Assembly (NCBI RefSeq): GCF_006345805.1
Contig: NC_043000.1
Coordinates: forward strand, 50,096,001 to 50,160,000
DNA from: Octopus sinensis
Taxonomy: Eukaryota
DNA length: 64,000 nucleotides
Direction of reading: 5' to 3'
Shown in pieces: positions 15,063 to 27,000 of the stretch. Both the position numbers and the translations under genes were made by a program. The notes under the pieces were generated by a model. That model saw only the letters and a program-made list of their open reading frames with translations. It ran no database searches and was not told the DNA's origin. Each line of letters starts with the position of its first letter. The stretch's first letter is position 1.

Positions 15063-15493
15063 GGCAGCGAGCTGGCAGAAATGTTAGCATGCTGGGCGAA
15101 ATGCTTAGCAGTATTTCATCTGCCGCTACGTCCTGAGTTCAAATTCCACCAAGGTCAACTTTGCCTTTCATCCTTTCAGGGTCGATTAAATAAGCACCAG
15201 TTAGGCACTGGGGTCAATATAATCGACTTAATCCGTTTGTCTGTCCTTGTTTGTTCCCTCTATGTTTAACCCCTTGTGGGCAATAAAGAAATAAGAAACA
15301 TTAGCATGCTGGGTGAAATGCTTAGAGATATTTCATCTGCCTTTACGTTCTGAGTTCAAATTCTGCTGAGGTCGACTTTGCCTTTCATCCTTTTGGGATC
15401 TATAAATTAAGTACCAGTTCCATACTGGGATCGATATAATTGACTGGCCCCTCCCCCAAAATTTCAGGCTTTGTGTCTAGAGTAGAAAAGAAT
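15063..15493 (+). mobile_element. Two tandem tRNA-derived SINEs, family S2 (Deu/Nin-domain-like body)
   Basis: Head 'gagctggcagaa...gagttcaaattcc', body 'gactttgcctttcatcctttc.gggtcgat.aa.taag.accag'. Other copies at about 2417-2632(-), 24080-24290(-), 24319-24520(+), 37345-37535(-), 44608-44752(-), 54287-54498(-) and 57560-57760(-). The domain name is from memory. Confidence 0.75.
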
Positions 15494-15786
15494 ATACACT
15501 GTGTTGTGCAACTTATTGAATTACTTTTTCTTACACAAGTGCAGATTGCTATCATTTTCTTTAGAGTACTCCCCTTGTTTTTGTTACTAGAAAGTTATTT
15601 GGATACAAAAGCAAATAATATGGAATTTGAATTTGAAAGGAATTAAACAGGATATATGATAAAAGGAACGGAGTCTTCGGTATATGCCTCCTTAAATTAA
15701 ATTGCACTCTGTTATCAGAAAACTTGTAAAATAACACAGGGTAAGTGATGAAGAAATGAAACGCACCTAACAGTAAGGTTGGAATT

Positions 15787-15832
<46 letters not shown>

Positions 15833-15835
<3 letters not shown>

Positions 15836-16846
15836 GAAATGCATTCTGAAAATTTTAACACCTTTGCAGAGAGGCGTATACTAAATTTGAAGAAATGCAA
15901 TATCCTAACCTTCTTCAAAGTAGGATCCTCCTACTTCAATGTACTAGCTACTTCATGAAAGCTCCATGGAAGTCCTTGAAAATGATGGTGTCAGGGAACA
16001 ACCAAAAGTCACAGGGGGAAAGTTACAGACTGTAGAAAGAGTGAGAAACAGTTTTGATACACATCTCTGTTAAGTAGTTGGTTACCAGAATGGAAATCTG
16101 GGTTGGTACATTATTCTGGTGAAAGTGCTCTCGTCTGTTGCAATGCTATCTTGTCCTGAACTCCCTCAAAACCGCAACAGAGTACTTTTTGTTGACCATC
16201 TGGCCAGAATGAAACCAGTGGATGTAGATGATGTCCTTGCTGTCTGTCAAAAGAAGAGGATCCTCAAAAACTTCATGGTGGACTTGTTTTATCTGGCCTC
16301 TTGTGCCAGCAAGTTAATCCATAAGCAGTCTGGAGCATTTCAAAAATTCCTGTGGTATTTTTGCCCAGTTTTAATACAAAACTTTATTGCATAGTGAGGT
16401 TCCATATTGTCTACATGTTCTGACTGTATTCCGCAAATTAGTCAACTATGGCAAGCTGTGTTTTAACCCTTTAACATTCAGATAACCCTATCAAATGTAA
16501 TGCTTATTCATTCAAATTGTTTTCAATTAATCATGCATTGTCTCATAAATTTGAGATTTCAAGAATGGGATTGTTAATTTTTAGAATGGCACTGGAGGGT
16601 AGGTGTAGTGGGTTAGATCCGGTCAGTTTGAACATAAAACAGATATAATATTTTGGCTGGATATGGCTAGTTTAAATGCTAAAGGGTGAAAAGTGCTGTT
16701 ACAGCCATCTCTTTGTTACATCAATCTGGAATGTCAAAACGTGGCAGGTCAGCTTATTAGGTATAAAGTAATGATATGCAAAAGTTACAATAATCCTTAT
16801 AAATGTCTCTCCTAGAAAGGTTTCAAAACTTCTGGAACACACTTTT
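15833..16846 (-). mobile_element. Decayed mariner (Tc1/mariner) DNA transposon
   Basis: Minus strand 16127-15990 translates HFHQNNVPTQISILVTNYLTEMCIKTVSHSFYSL*LSPCDFWLFPD, i.e. the mariner HDNA and YSPDLAPxDF motifs. Degenerate TIR-like ends at 15833 (tacgaaatgcattctgaaaattttaacacc) and about 16818-16846; interrupted by a MITE. Confidence 0.8.
16463..16690. mobile_element. piggyBac-type MITE, family M1 (inserted in the mariner)
   Basis: Ends TTAA-CCCTTTAACATT ... AATGCTAAAGGG-TGAA; the body matches the other M1 copies. Confidence 0.7.
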
Positions 16847-16873
16847 CTGAGAGAGAGAGAGTGTGTGTGTTTG

Positions 16874-16948
<75 letters not shown>

Positions 16949-17762
16949 GTACTAATATTAATATTTGAGTAACTGTTAGTATGCAAATAGTCAAGCACAC
17001 ATATTTCATTATCATTGCCTAAAAATCTACCTACACTATCAGAATTGTTACCACCCACTCTCAATAATTCTAAACAGTCGTGTATATTATATTGTATACT
17101 GTAATTTAAAATTAAATATCTGTACAGATACACAAGAATTATGCTTCCAGCTATAACAACCTCTAGAATATTGTCCTATTATATATAAATAAATTTTCTT
17201 ATCCTTTGAATAAAAATCTTCATCAATAGCTAAGCAAAATGAACTGCTTTGTTCACGCATGTACCAAATGAACTGAACTCCATCAAAATTGAATATTCCA
17301 TTCTGTCATACACACATACAGATATAATTATGTATATATACACACACATATACATACATATTTTATACATATATGCTATATATACCATGTTTACAGGTAT
17401 TTTATATTCATATACATATAGATATATATACACACTCACACACACACATATATGCATGTACATCATCATCATCATCATTTAACAGCCACATAAAATTATA
17501 TATATATATACATATGCAAATAAATACATATACATGCATATATATAAGTACACACTCAGATATGCATACATAAATGCACAACGTTTATATACATACATAC
17601 ACATTTTTTTATAAGAGGAATCCAGATGAGCAGATTTATATATACACTTACACACACAAATATATATACACACACTTTTGTATAAACATATATAAACATA
17701 AACTTAAACAAATATACACAAACACACACATATATATATATAATATATACATACATATATAT

Positions 17763-17934
17763 ATACACATATGAGAGGGATGACCACTATGTGGACAACC
17801 CTAATGCTAGATGTAGGTCATCCCTCTCATATGTATGTAATACAATTTACTGAACCTTCAGTTTTTTAATATGCGAGACCTGGTGTTAAATTGATGTTAT
17901 CAAATTAATATCCAATTTTCCACCCTCATTTTAA

Positions 17935-17940
<6 letters not shown>
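17763..17940. mobile_element. Small fold-back, distant relative of family A
   Basis: 19-bp perfect inverted repeat acatatgagagggatgacc (17767-17785)/ggtcatccctctcatatgt (17816-17834). The long arm ends 'tggtgttaaattgat...aattttccaccctcatt', similar to family A 'tggtgtaattgat...aatttcacccttcatt', then (TA)n. Confidence 0.55.
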
Positions 17941-17976
<36 letters not shown>

Positions 17977-18266
17977 TCCGTAATAATGAAGGGTGAAATT
18001 AATTAATTTGGAATAATTATCAATTACACCAAGTAGTCTTCGGCATGTAAAAGCCTCATTCGAGGAAAATTTAAGTAATACTAAGCAATAAAGGGTTTAG
18101 CAACGAATTGCCTTACCACATACCGAATTTAGAAATAGCAGTCAAAGAGTTATAGCTATTTCTTCTACTAAAAAGGGAGATCTCAGTAAAAACAGCAATT
18201 GGAAGGCAGACACAAACAGGTAAGAGAGAATGAATTGACGGCAATCTATCATACAATTTTAAGTTA

Positions 18267-18367
18267 TCTACGGACGTACGTTTCGAAATCAAGTTTTTAG
18301 GAAAGCATAAGAATTAAATATTAAATAATTCTATCTTACCAAAAACTTCTTTTCTCTTCAGCGTAGA
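18267..18367 (-). ncRNA. Type I hammerhead ribozyme motif, family A copy 1
   Basis: Minus strand reads tctacg-CTGAAGA-[70-nt stem II gaaa...tttc]-GAAAC-gtac-GTC-cgtaga. Stem I is a perfect 6 bp; stem III region is the palindrome ACGTACGT; GUC cleavage triplet. Confidence 0.85.
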
Positions 18368-19061
18368 ATACTATAATCATAAATGATTATATATTGAATT
18401 TTGAGATACTAGAAGGCACCAACTCAACTCAGTATCAGAGCGAGCTAGAATCCGCAACTAGTATCACCAAATTCAATGCGTGAATGAAAAGATTGTGTCA
18501 CCAGCCCCTTCCCACCCGCGTGTAGCCAAAACAGATGCTGTGGTCATCTACTGAGATAAAATATGGTTATCCGTAATAATGAAGGGTGAAATTAATTAAT
18601 TTGGAATAATTATCAATTACACCAAGTAGTCTCGGCATGTAAAAGCCTCATTCGAGGAAAATTTAAGTAATACTAAGCAATAAAGGGTTTAGCAACGAAT
18701 TGCCTTACCACATACCGGATAAGGCAATTCGTTGCTAAACCCTTTATTGCTTAGTATTACTTAAATTTTCCTCGAATGAGGCTTTTACATGCCGAAGACT
18801 ACTTGGTGTAATTGATAATTATTCCAAATTAATTAATTTCACCCTTCATTATTACGGATAACCATATTTTATCTCAGTAGATGACCACAGCATCTTGTTT
18901 TGGCTACACGCGGGTGGGAAGGGGCTGGTGACACAATCTTTTCATTCACGCATTGAATTTGGTGATACTAGTTGCGGATTCTAGCTCGCTCTGATACTGA
19001 GTTGAGTTGGTGCCTTCTAGTATCTCAAAATTCAATATATAATCATTTATGATTATAGTAT

Positions 19062-19162
19062 TCTACGCTGAAGAGAAAAGAAGTTTTTGGTAAGATAGAA
19101 TTATTTAATATTTAATTCTTATGCTTTCCTAAAAACTTGATTTCGAAACGTACGTCTGTAGA
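19062..19162 (+). ncRNA. Type I hammerhead ribozyme motif, family A copy 2
   Basis: tctacg(19062) CTGAAGA(19068-19074), stem II 19075-19144 (gaaa/tttc, aagttttt/aaaaactt, agaatta/taattct), GAAA(19145-19148) cgtacg TC tgtaga. Predicted cleavage after C19156; stem I has one G-U pair. Confidence 0.85.
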
Positions 19163-19670
19163 TAACTTAAAATTGTATGATAGATTGCCGTCAATTCATT
19201 CTCTCTTACCTGTTTGTGTCTGCCTTCCAATTGCTGTTTTTACTGAGATCTCCCTTTTTAGTAGAAGAAATAGCTATAACTCTTTGACTGCTATTTCTAA
19301 ATTCGGTATGTGGTAAGGCAATTCGTTGCTAAACCCTTTATTGCTTAGTATATATATATATTATATATATATATATATTTTTCCGTAATAATGAAGGGTG
19401 AAATTAATTAATTTGGAATAATTATCAATTACACCAAGTAGTCTTCGGCATGTAAAAGCCTCATTCGAGGAAAATTTAAGTAATACTAAGCAATAAAGGG
19501 TTTAGCAACGAATTGCCTTACCACATACCGAATTTAGAAATAGCAGTCAAAGAGTTATAGCTATTTCTTCTACTAAAAAGGAGATCTCAGTAAAAACAGC
19601 AATTGGAAGGCAGACACAAACAGGTAAGAGAGAATGAATTGACGGCAATCTATCATACAATTTTAAGTTA

Positions 19671-19771
19671 TCTACGGACGTACGTTTCGAAATCAAGTTT
19701 TTAGGAAAGCATAAGAATTAAATATTAAATAATTCTATCTTACCAAAAACTTCTTTTCTCTTCAGCGTAGA
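19671..19771 (-). ncRNA. Type I hammerhead ribozyme motif, family A copy 3
   Basis: Same sequence as copy 1 (forward text 'tctacggacgtacgtttc...ctcttcagcgtaga'). Confidence 0.85.
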
Positions 19772-20440
19772 ATACTATAATCATAAATGATTATATATTG
19801 AATTTTGAGATACTAGAAGGCACCAACTCAACTCAGTATCAGAGCGAGCTAGAATCCGCAACTAGTATCACCAAATTCAATGCGTGAATGAAAAGATTGT
19901 GTCACCAGCCCCTTCCCACCCGCGTGTAGCCAAAACAAGATGCTGTGGTCATCTACTGAGATAAAATATGGTTATCCGTAATAATGAAGGGTGAAATTAA
20001 TTAATTTGGAATAATTATCAATTACACCAAGTAGTCTTCGGCATGTAAAAGCCTCATTCGAGGAAAATTTAAGTAATACTAAGCAATAAAGGGTTTAGCA
20101 ACGAATTGCCTTACCACATACCGAATTGCTTAGTATTACTTAAATTTTCCTCGAATGAGGCTTTTACATACCGAAGACTACTTGGTGTAATTGATAATTA
20201 TTCCAAATTAATTAATTTCACCCTTCATTATTACGGATAACCATATTTTATCTCAGTAGATGACCACAGCATCTTGTTTTGGCTACACGCGGGTGGGAAG
20301 GGGCTGGTGACACAATCTTTTCATTCACGCATTGAATTTGGTGATACTAGTTGCGGATTCTAGCTCGCTCTGATACTGAGTTGAGTTGGTGCCTTCTAGT
20401 ATCTCAAAATTCAATATATAATCATTTATGATTATAGTAT

Positions 20441-20541
20441 TCTACGCTGAAGAGAAAAGAAGTTTTTGGTAAGATAGAATTATTTAATATTTAATTCTTA
20501 TGCTTTCCTAAAAACTTGATTTCGAAACGTACGTCTGTAGA
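20441..20541 (+). ncRNA. Type I hammerhead ribozyme motif, family A copy 4
   Basis: Same sequence as copy 2; predicted cleavage after C20535. Confidence 0.85.
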
Positions 20542-20727
20542 TAACTTAAAATTGTATGATAGATTGCCGTCAATTCATTCTCTCTTACCTGTTTGTGTCT
20601 GCCTTCCAATTGCTGTTTTTACTGAGATCTCCCTTTTTAGTAGAAGAAATAGCTATAACTCTTTGACTGCTATTTCTAAATTCGGTATGTGGTAAGGCAA
20701 TTCGTTGCTAAACCCTTTATTGCTTAG

Positions 20728-20766
<39 letters not shown>

Positions 20767-21445
20767 GTATGTATTTACGTACGTACACATGAGAATTCTA
20801 AGTAAAATTTGATAATTGTATTGAATTTATCAATCTGAGTACTTACTCTTTGGGTGAGTGTGGGAAATTTACTTGGCCAGTCAGCACCCAAAGAAATACC
20901 TTATTTTAATTATTTTGTAAAAACAAAAGCAGTGACTTACCAGAATCTGTAGAGTGCCAGACAAAGTATTTTCTAGTATTTAAATGTGGATCTTTTCATT
21001 CTGAATAAATAGAGACAGGCAAGCATGAAACAAATGCGTCAGAAAAGATTGACAGGAGATGAAATATAGCTTATTATTTTAGTGATGCAAAAAACCATTT
21101 CAGTAATGGTAGAAAAAGAAAACAGAGAATGAAGTGCATATCTCTAGGGATAGTGTGTGTAGGATGCTGACAAGTGAATCTTTACTAATAAGGCAGATTG
21201 CTTTCTTCATGGATGGTGTATTGTTTTAGAGTAGGTGCAGTATGGTCAAGTGGTTAAGGAGTTTAATTCCTAGCCATGAAGAATCAGGTTCAATAGCACA
21301 GTGTCATGTTGATGGATAACATTTTCTACAACCTCAGGTTAACCCATTAGAGAAATTGAGCTGATGAAAACTATATAGATACCTATCAAGTGAATTTTAC
21401 CTATAACCCTACCTGAGAATTATGGTAACAGTATAAGTGTCTGTA

Positions 21446-21755
21446 GTGGAGGTGCAATGGCCCAGTGGTTAGGGCAGCGGACTCACGGTTTCGATTCCCA
21501 AACCGGGCATTGTGTGTGTTTATTGAGCCATAACACCTAAAAGCTCTACGAAGCTCCAGCAGGGGTAGGTGGCAACCCCTGTTGTACTCTTTCGCCATAA
21601 CTTTCCCTCACTCTGTCTTCCTGTTTCTTGAGTTACACTGCAATGGACTGGCGTCCTGTCCAGCTGGGGGGGGGGGGAACACGTACGCCACAGAAACCAG
21701 GAAACCGGGCCCATGAGCCAGGCTAGGCTTGAAAAGGGTGACGTTTTTATCGTTT
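21446..21755 (+). mobile_element. S3-headed SINE with a V-domain-like 3' part, nested in an older S3 tail, with TSD
   Basis: 13-bp direct repeat tataagtgtctgt at 21432-21444 and 21756-21768; 'atggactggcgtcctgtccag' segment. Related copies at 4452-4760(-), 45745-45996(-) and 7711-8055(+, head and CORE-like part only). Confidence 0.75.
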
Positions 21756-23623
21756 TATAAGTGTCTGTGGAACACTCAGCCACTTTTGCATTAATTCAGA
21801 AGTAAGTAATTAAGTTTATCAAAGAACCAAAGCCTCGTCACCAAATAATAGAGATCTCCCACTGCCATTGTCTTCTCAGTTTGCATGTGTGTGTACCAAG
21901 GAGGAATTATTTTCTTACTCTTAAGTGGAAGCCTAATCTTTGAGATACAGGTATCACATGATACCTGTGAAGATACTGTGAAGATTGATATCATTGTTTA
22001 ATGTCCACTGTCCTATGCTTGCATTGTCATTTGATGTGCACTGTGTTCTGTGCTTGTATGTGTCAGACAAAATTTCTTGAGGCAAATTTTCTATAGATGA
22101 ATGCCTTTCCTGTCACCAATCCTTACTGGTTTTTAAAAGATTGGAAATGAAGGCTACTGCTTGCATGATGGTGATGTTTGTTTATACCTATTGCATGGTA
22201 TCAAGGTAAGCAGATAATAACACACACACACACACACATACACAGATATATTTATATACTCATACATGCATACATATACACATACTCACACACACATACA
22301 TGCATATCTAAATCTCACCTTATGTTCCAAATACCAGCTTAACAATGGCAAAACTATTTTACTAAATTCTTTGTAATTTTCAAATTGAATTTATACAAAA
22401 GCACTATATTTCAACATAAATTTTATAACAAAAATGTTAAGATTGTCAACGTACTTTGAAGATTTTTTTTACATGTTATTTCTAGCATATAAATCGATCT
22501 ATGAAGAGGCTTCTCTTGTTGGCTCGTCTTGCAATGTTGTGAGTAGTATAATAAAAATTTTTTGAAATCTGACTTGCTCAAACAGAATCTCTGAGAGAAA
22601 TTCTCAGCATATCGATAGAAGAACAAAATTAATTACACATTCAAGACTAAAAATGATAGATTCTGACAAAGCAATAAATTTGAGACACCATTCAAATATA
22701 CTGAAAACTCTCATTTACAAATGGGTCAACACTTCTATTTTATGTCTCAAATGTAATAGTAACAAAACAAACTAAATTACATTCTTTATATCCTAAGATA
22801 GAGAGCAATTTGCAACATTTTAAAGTACACAAAACAGTAACTGCTGACCTTGTCTAAAGAATCTCGAGCTATTGAAATAGAAGAATAATTTCATGATATG
22901 CTAACAGTAAAGGGAAAAAGGTAAACAACAGAAATAAAAGAGGTGAGCTAAAAAAAAAAATCAATGTCCAAAAAGTACTTTTGTTGACTTTCAGACTAAA
23001 AAGAAAAAAAAATGTGTTTGTATATGTGTGGGTATGCTGTGTGTGTGTGCACATATGTGCATATAAACACACACATTTATACACACAAAGACAGGCAATG
23101 AGAAGCTTGGAGTAACGGTTTGTGAAATCACTTCTAACAAGCCACACACATGCATACTTGCAAATACACAGTAGAATGCTACACATTGCCAATCTTTGTG
23201 TTTGAACGCCGGCAACAAGTAACTGGGAGTAATGATTTGTAAGGTCTCAGGTTCTTCCAATAAATTATATCATTGTACTTCAATTATTGAGAACTATACT
23301 TTCTTGAAACAATTGTACAACTATAAAGTGTTCAGATAAATAAAATGACACACACAGACTCATATATAATGTGTGTACAGTATTTAATAATTTTTTAAAG
23401 CAATGGCAGTAAAAGCAATATATAATTTCTGTCATCTTCATCATCATCGTGACCGTCTAACTTTATCAAAATCTGTTTTTTTTTAACATCATAATTATAT
23501 AGAAGAGTCAAAAGTCACAAATCTTAAGAGATTCACTGAGTCCCTTATAATAACTTCAGTACATTGCTGGTACTTATTTCATTGTCTATGAAACGGTGGA
23601 AGGCAAAGTTAGATTCTCTTGAC

Positions 23624-23826
23624 TTTACTCTTTTACTCTTTTACTTGTTTCAGTCATTTGACTGTGGCCATGCTGGAGCACCACCTTTAGTCGAGCAAAT
23701 CGACCCCAGGACTTATTCTTTGTAAGCCTAGTACTTATTCTATCGGTCTCTTTTGCCAAACTGCTAAGTTACGGGGATGTAAACACACCAGCATCGGTTG
23801 TCAAGCGATGTTGGGGTGACAAACAG

Positions 23827-23882
<56 letters not shown>

Positions 23883-24044
23883 GACAGGCTTCTTTCAGTT
23901 TCCGTTTACCAAATCCACTCACAAGGCTTTGGTCGGCCCAGGGCTATAGTAGAAGACACATGCGCAAGGTGCCACGCAGTGGGACTGAACCCGGAACCAT
24001 GTGGTTCATAAGCAAGCTACTTACCACACAGCCACCCCTACGCC
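23624..24044 (-). mobile_element. SINE family S1, full-length
   Basis: Same head, body and tail with an internal (TA)n. Confidence 0.85.
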
Positions 24045-27000
24045 TTTCATTATAGAATCTAAAGAAATGCAACTAGTATTCTTAAATTTGACACAAGGCC
24101 AGTAATTTTGAGGGGAAGGGGAAATCAATTACATTGACCCCAGTGCTCACTGGTATTTATTTTATTGATAACTAAAGGATGAAAGGCATAGTCAACCGTG
24201 GTACAGTTTTAACTCAAAACAAAGTATTGGAAGAAATGTTGCAAAGAATTTTACCCAATGTGGTAATGATTCAGCTGGCTTGCAGTCTTAGACATACTAA
24301 TATTACAAGAGCATTTTAGGTGGTGAGCTGGCAGAATCATTAGCACACCAAGCAAAATGCTTAGTGGCATTTCGTGCATCCTTATGTTCTGAGTTCAAAT
24401 TCTGCTTAGTTCAGCATTGACTTTCATCTCTTTCAGGGTTAGTAGAGCACTGGGGTCGATGTAATTGACTTATCTGTCCCCTGAAATCACTGACCTTGTG
24501 CCAAAATTTGAGACCATTATTACTAGAACATTTTGTCTGCTGCTTTACTGATTTTGCCATGATTCCACAATACTCATATATTGAAACAATAATGACTTTA
24601 TAAACTAATTAATTTGCCATATTTACTGTATACGACAATATTTCTGTTTTTGTTTAGCCCCAGATCAGCCCTGGTTGAGCAAAATTACCATCAAAGATTT
24701 GTCATTCCTGGTCATTTCATTTTTCTATTTATACATTCAGAATTACATAATACAAGCTGCTATTTCCTTTTTAAGATCAAAACTGTGTGATTTGAGTGAC
24801 ATTTGGTTCTTATTTCAGCAAGTTGTGTGATAGAGTAACATACACTGTCACTGAATTGTGACACATGTGACAGTGATCATTGTGGGGGAAAAAATGGCTG
24901 TACATTTTATTAAACAGATCTTTTTCTGCATAACTTGTCATGGTATGACCTTCAAAAATATATGTGTCTCATAAAGGATGCCAATGCTGTCAACTAGTCC
25001 AGACTAACTTTATCAGTTTATCTCTCATCCTATAAATTCTTTTTATGTTTCCATTCCAAATGTGGTTTGTTCTTTCTCACTATATCTATATTTCCATAGC
25101 TTATTTATATTTTTCATTATTAATATTTTCCCTTTCTTTTTGTGCATGTAATGTTCATAGTATAAATTTCCTTTATATCTACATTTAAATTATATATTCT
25201 GTTATATTTCCCAACATCTCTTAAATTCATCATATCACATGAAATCGTATTTGTATGGTCAGCATATTTTCTCTGAATAAAGTGTACAGATTGGAAATTT
25301 TATATATATATATATATGTATGTATGTATGTATACAAATATACATATATATATTCATATATATTCACATATTATCTAAACCATCAACATTTAATGTCTCA
25401 CTGTACATCATCTTGGGCAAGTGTCATCTACTATTCAGTGATCAATGTCTTGTAATTAGAACCAGCAGATGGAAACTGCACTGAAAACTGTCATGTGTAT
25501 GTGTGTGTATTTACATACATATATATATACATACATGCACACACACAAGCTTCTTCCAGCTTCTGTCTACCAAGTCAAATGACAAGGGTTAAACTCCAAG
25601 CACATGCTCAAGGTGCCACACACTGAGACTGAACCCAGAACTATGTTGCTAGTCGGAAAGCGAACTTCTTACCACACACACTCACACCTGCACCACATAT
25701 GTATACACACACATGTGCACGCACACATATATAGATACATATAGACATTTTTAAATAAAGTCAATTAGAAAGACATTACCCTTGTATGCATGCTGATGCC
25801 ATGATAAAAAGCAACCAGTAAACTCTGTAAAATGGGTTGGTGTTAGAAGGACATCCAGTTGTAGAAGCCAAGCCAAAAAAATTAAACATACAAGCAAAAT
25901 GTGGTCCTCCAATCTAAGTAAGAAATCACTAATGATATTTCTCATCCTATGACAGCATGGAAAGTGGACAGAAAAATATGTTGATATATGTATTGGTGCA
26001 TATGTATGTGTGTTTAAGATGATTCTACATGCCCTTATTAACACCATTTCAGTGGAAACAAATGGTGAGATTGTGCACTTTCTCCAGTATGCAATTGTCT
26101 CATAGCTCATCAAACATGTGAGGACCAATGAAATAAAAACAAAAAAAAATATCTTCAAATACGAGTATGGGTTGGCCATAAGAAGAGCATCCATTCATAG
26201 AAAATCTGTCTCAATATATTTTTTTCAGTTCATGCCTATATGGTGAAACAAATCTAACTATGACAATCCCATGCACATATGTGCATGTAATAGGTTTCTT
26301 TGAATTTAACTGAAAAGGCTTTGGTCAACCTTAGGCTATGATAGAAGACATTTTTTTTCAAGCTGCATTGTTGTGGAATTAAACCTGGAACCATGTAGTA
26401 GCAAAGCAAATTTCTTTGGAGGACACTCAGGAGCACATTATTGAACATTTCCTATTTTAAGATACAACAATCTCATTTAAAAGAGATTTAATTGTTATTT
26501 GTAGCAAGTCAATTAACTACATAAAACAGTGGTTCTGAAATAATTATGCTGTAGTACACTGGTGTATCTCAAAGGGCATCTAGGAGAGTTGCAGATTTTA
26601 AAATCTGTATTTTAAAGCTTACTGAATCTATACTGGTGCTTGAAAATCTTGAGAAACTTTGTTTCAAAGCACAACCAATAAAACAAAGCAAGCAATAAAT
26701 TTCTATATTCTTTTCTAAATTTTTAACTTTAAAAGAGACTTTCTTTTTTAATTTTACTTGTGACATATGCAAGTGGTTTTTTTTTTTGCTTCATTCTCAG
26801 TGTACCATAAAATAAAAAATTATTGACAACTGCTGATGAAGAAGTTACCTCACATACATACAGGTATTAAGGTGTTTAGCTCTGATTTCATGGTATTAAC
26901 CCATTTGTTACTAGACTTCTGTTGAAATATACTGCCTTTGTTTCAAATACATAAGAAAATAATGAATAACTTCATAGAAAAATATCATTGTTATTAAGCT

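Larger units (their letters stand above)
17973..20730. mobile_element. Double fold-back (palindromic) non-coding element built from a ~594-bp hammerhead-containing unit; Penelope-like pseudo-LTR or retrozyme-type (family A)
   Basis: Arm1 17977-18717 is one unit plus a ~148-bp re-start ('tccgtaataatgaaggg' at 17977 and 18570). Arm2 18720-19350 is reverse-complement unit sequence. A (TA)n spacer follows, then arm3 19382-20126 and arm4 20126-20730 repeat the structure. Flanked by (TA)n, no ORF, one hammerhead per arm. Confidence 0.85.

Noticed and set aside
17767-17834. Pre-miRNA-like hairpin
   Set aside because: The 30-nt loop and perfect arms in a TA tract, plus similarity of the flank to family A, favour a fold-back TE remnant; no miRNA I recognise.
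17973-20730. CRISPR array or DNA-transposon TIR interpretation of the repeats
   Set aside because: There is no repeat-spacer periodicity. The outer ends are different positions of the unit rather than matching TIRs, and the arms are terminally redundant and carry ribozymes.
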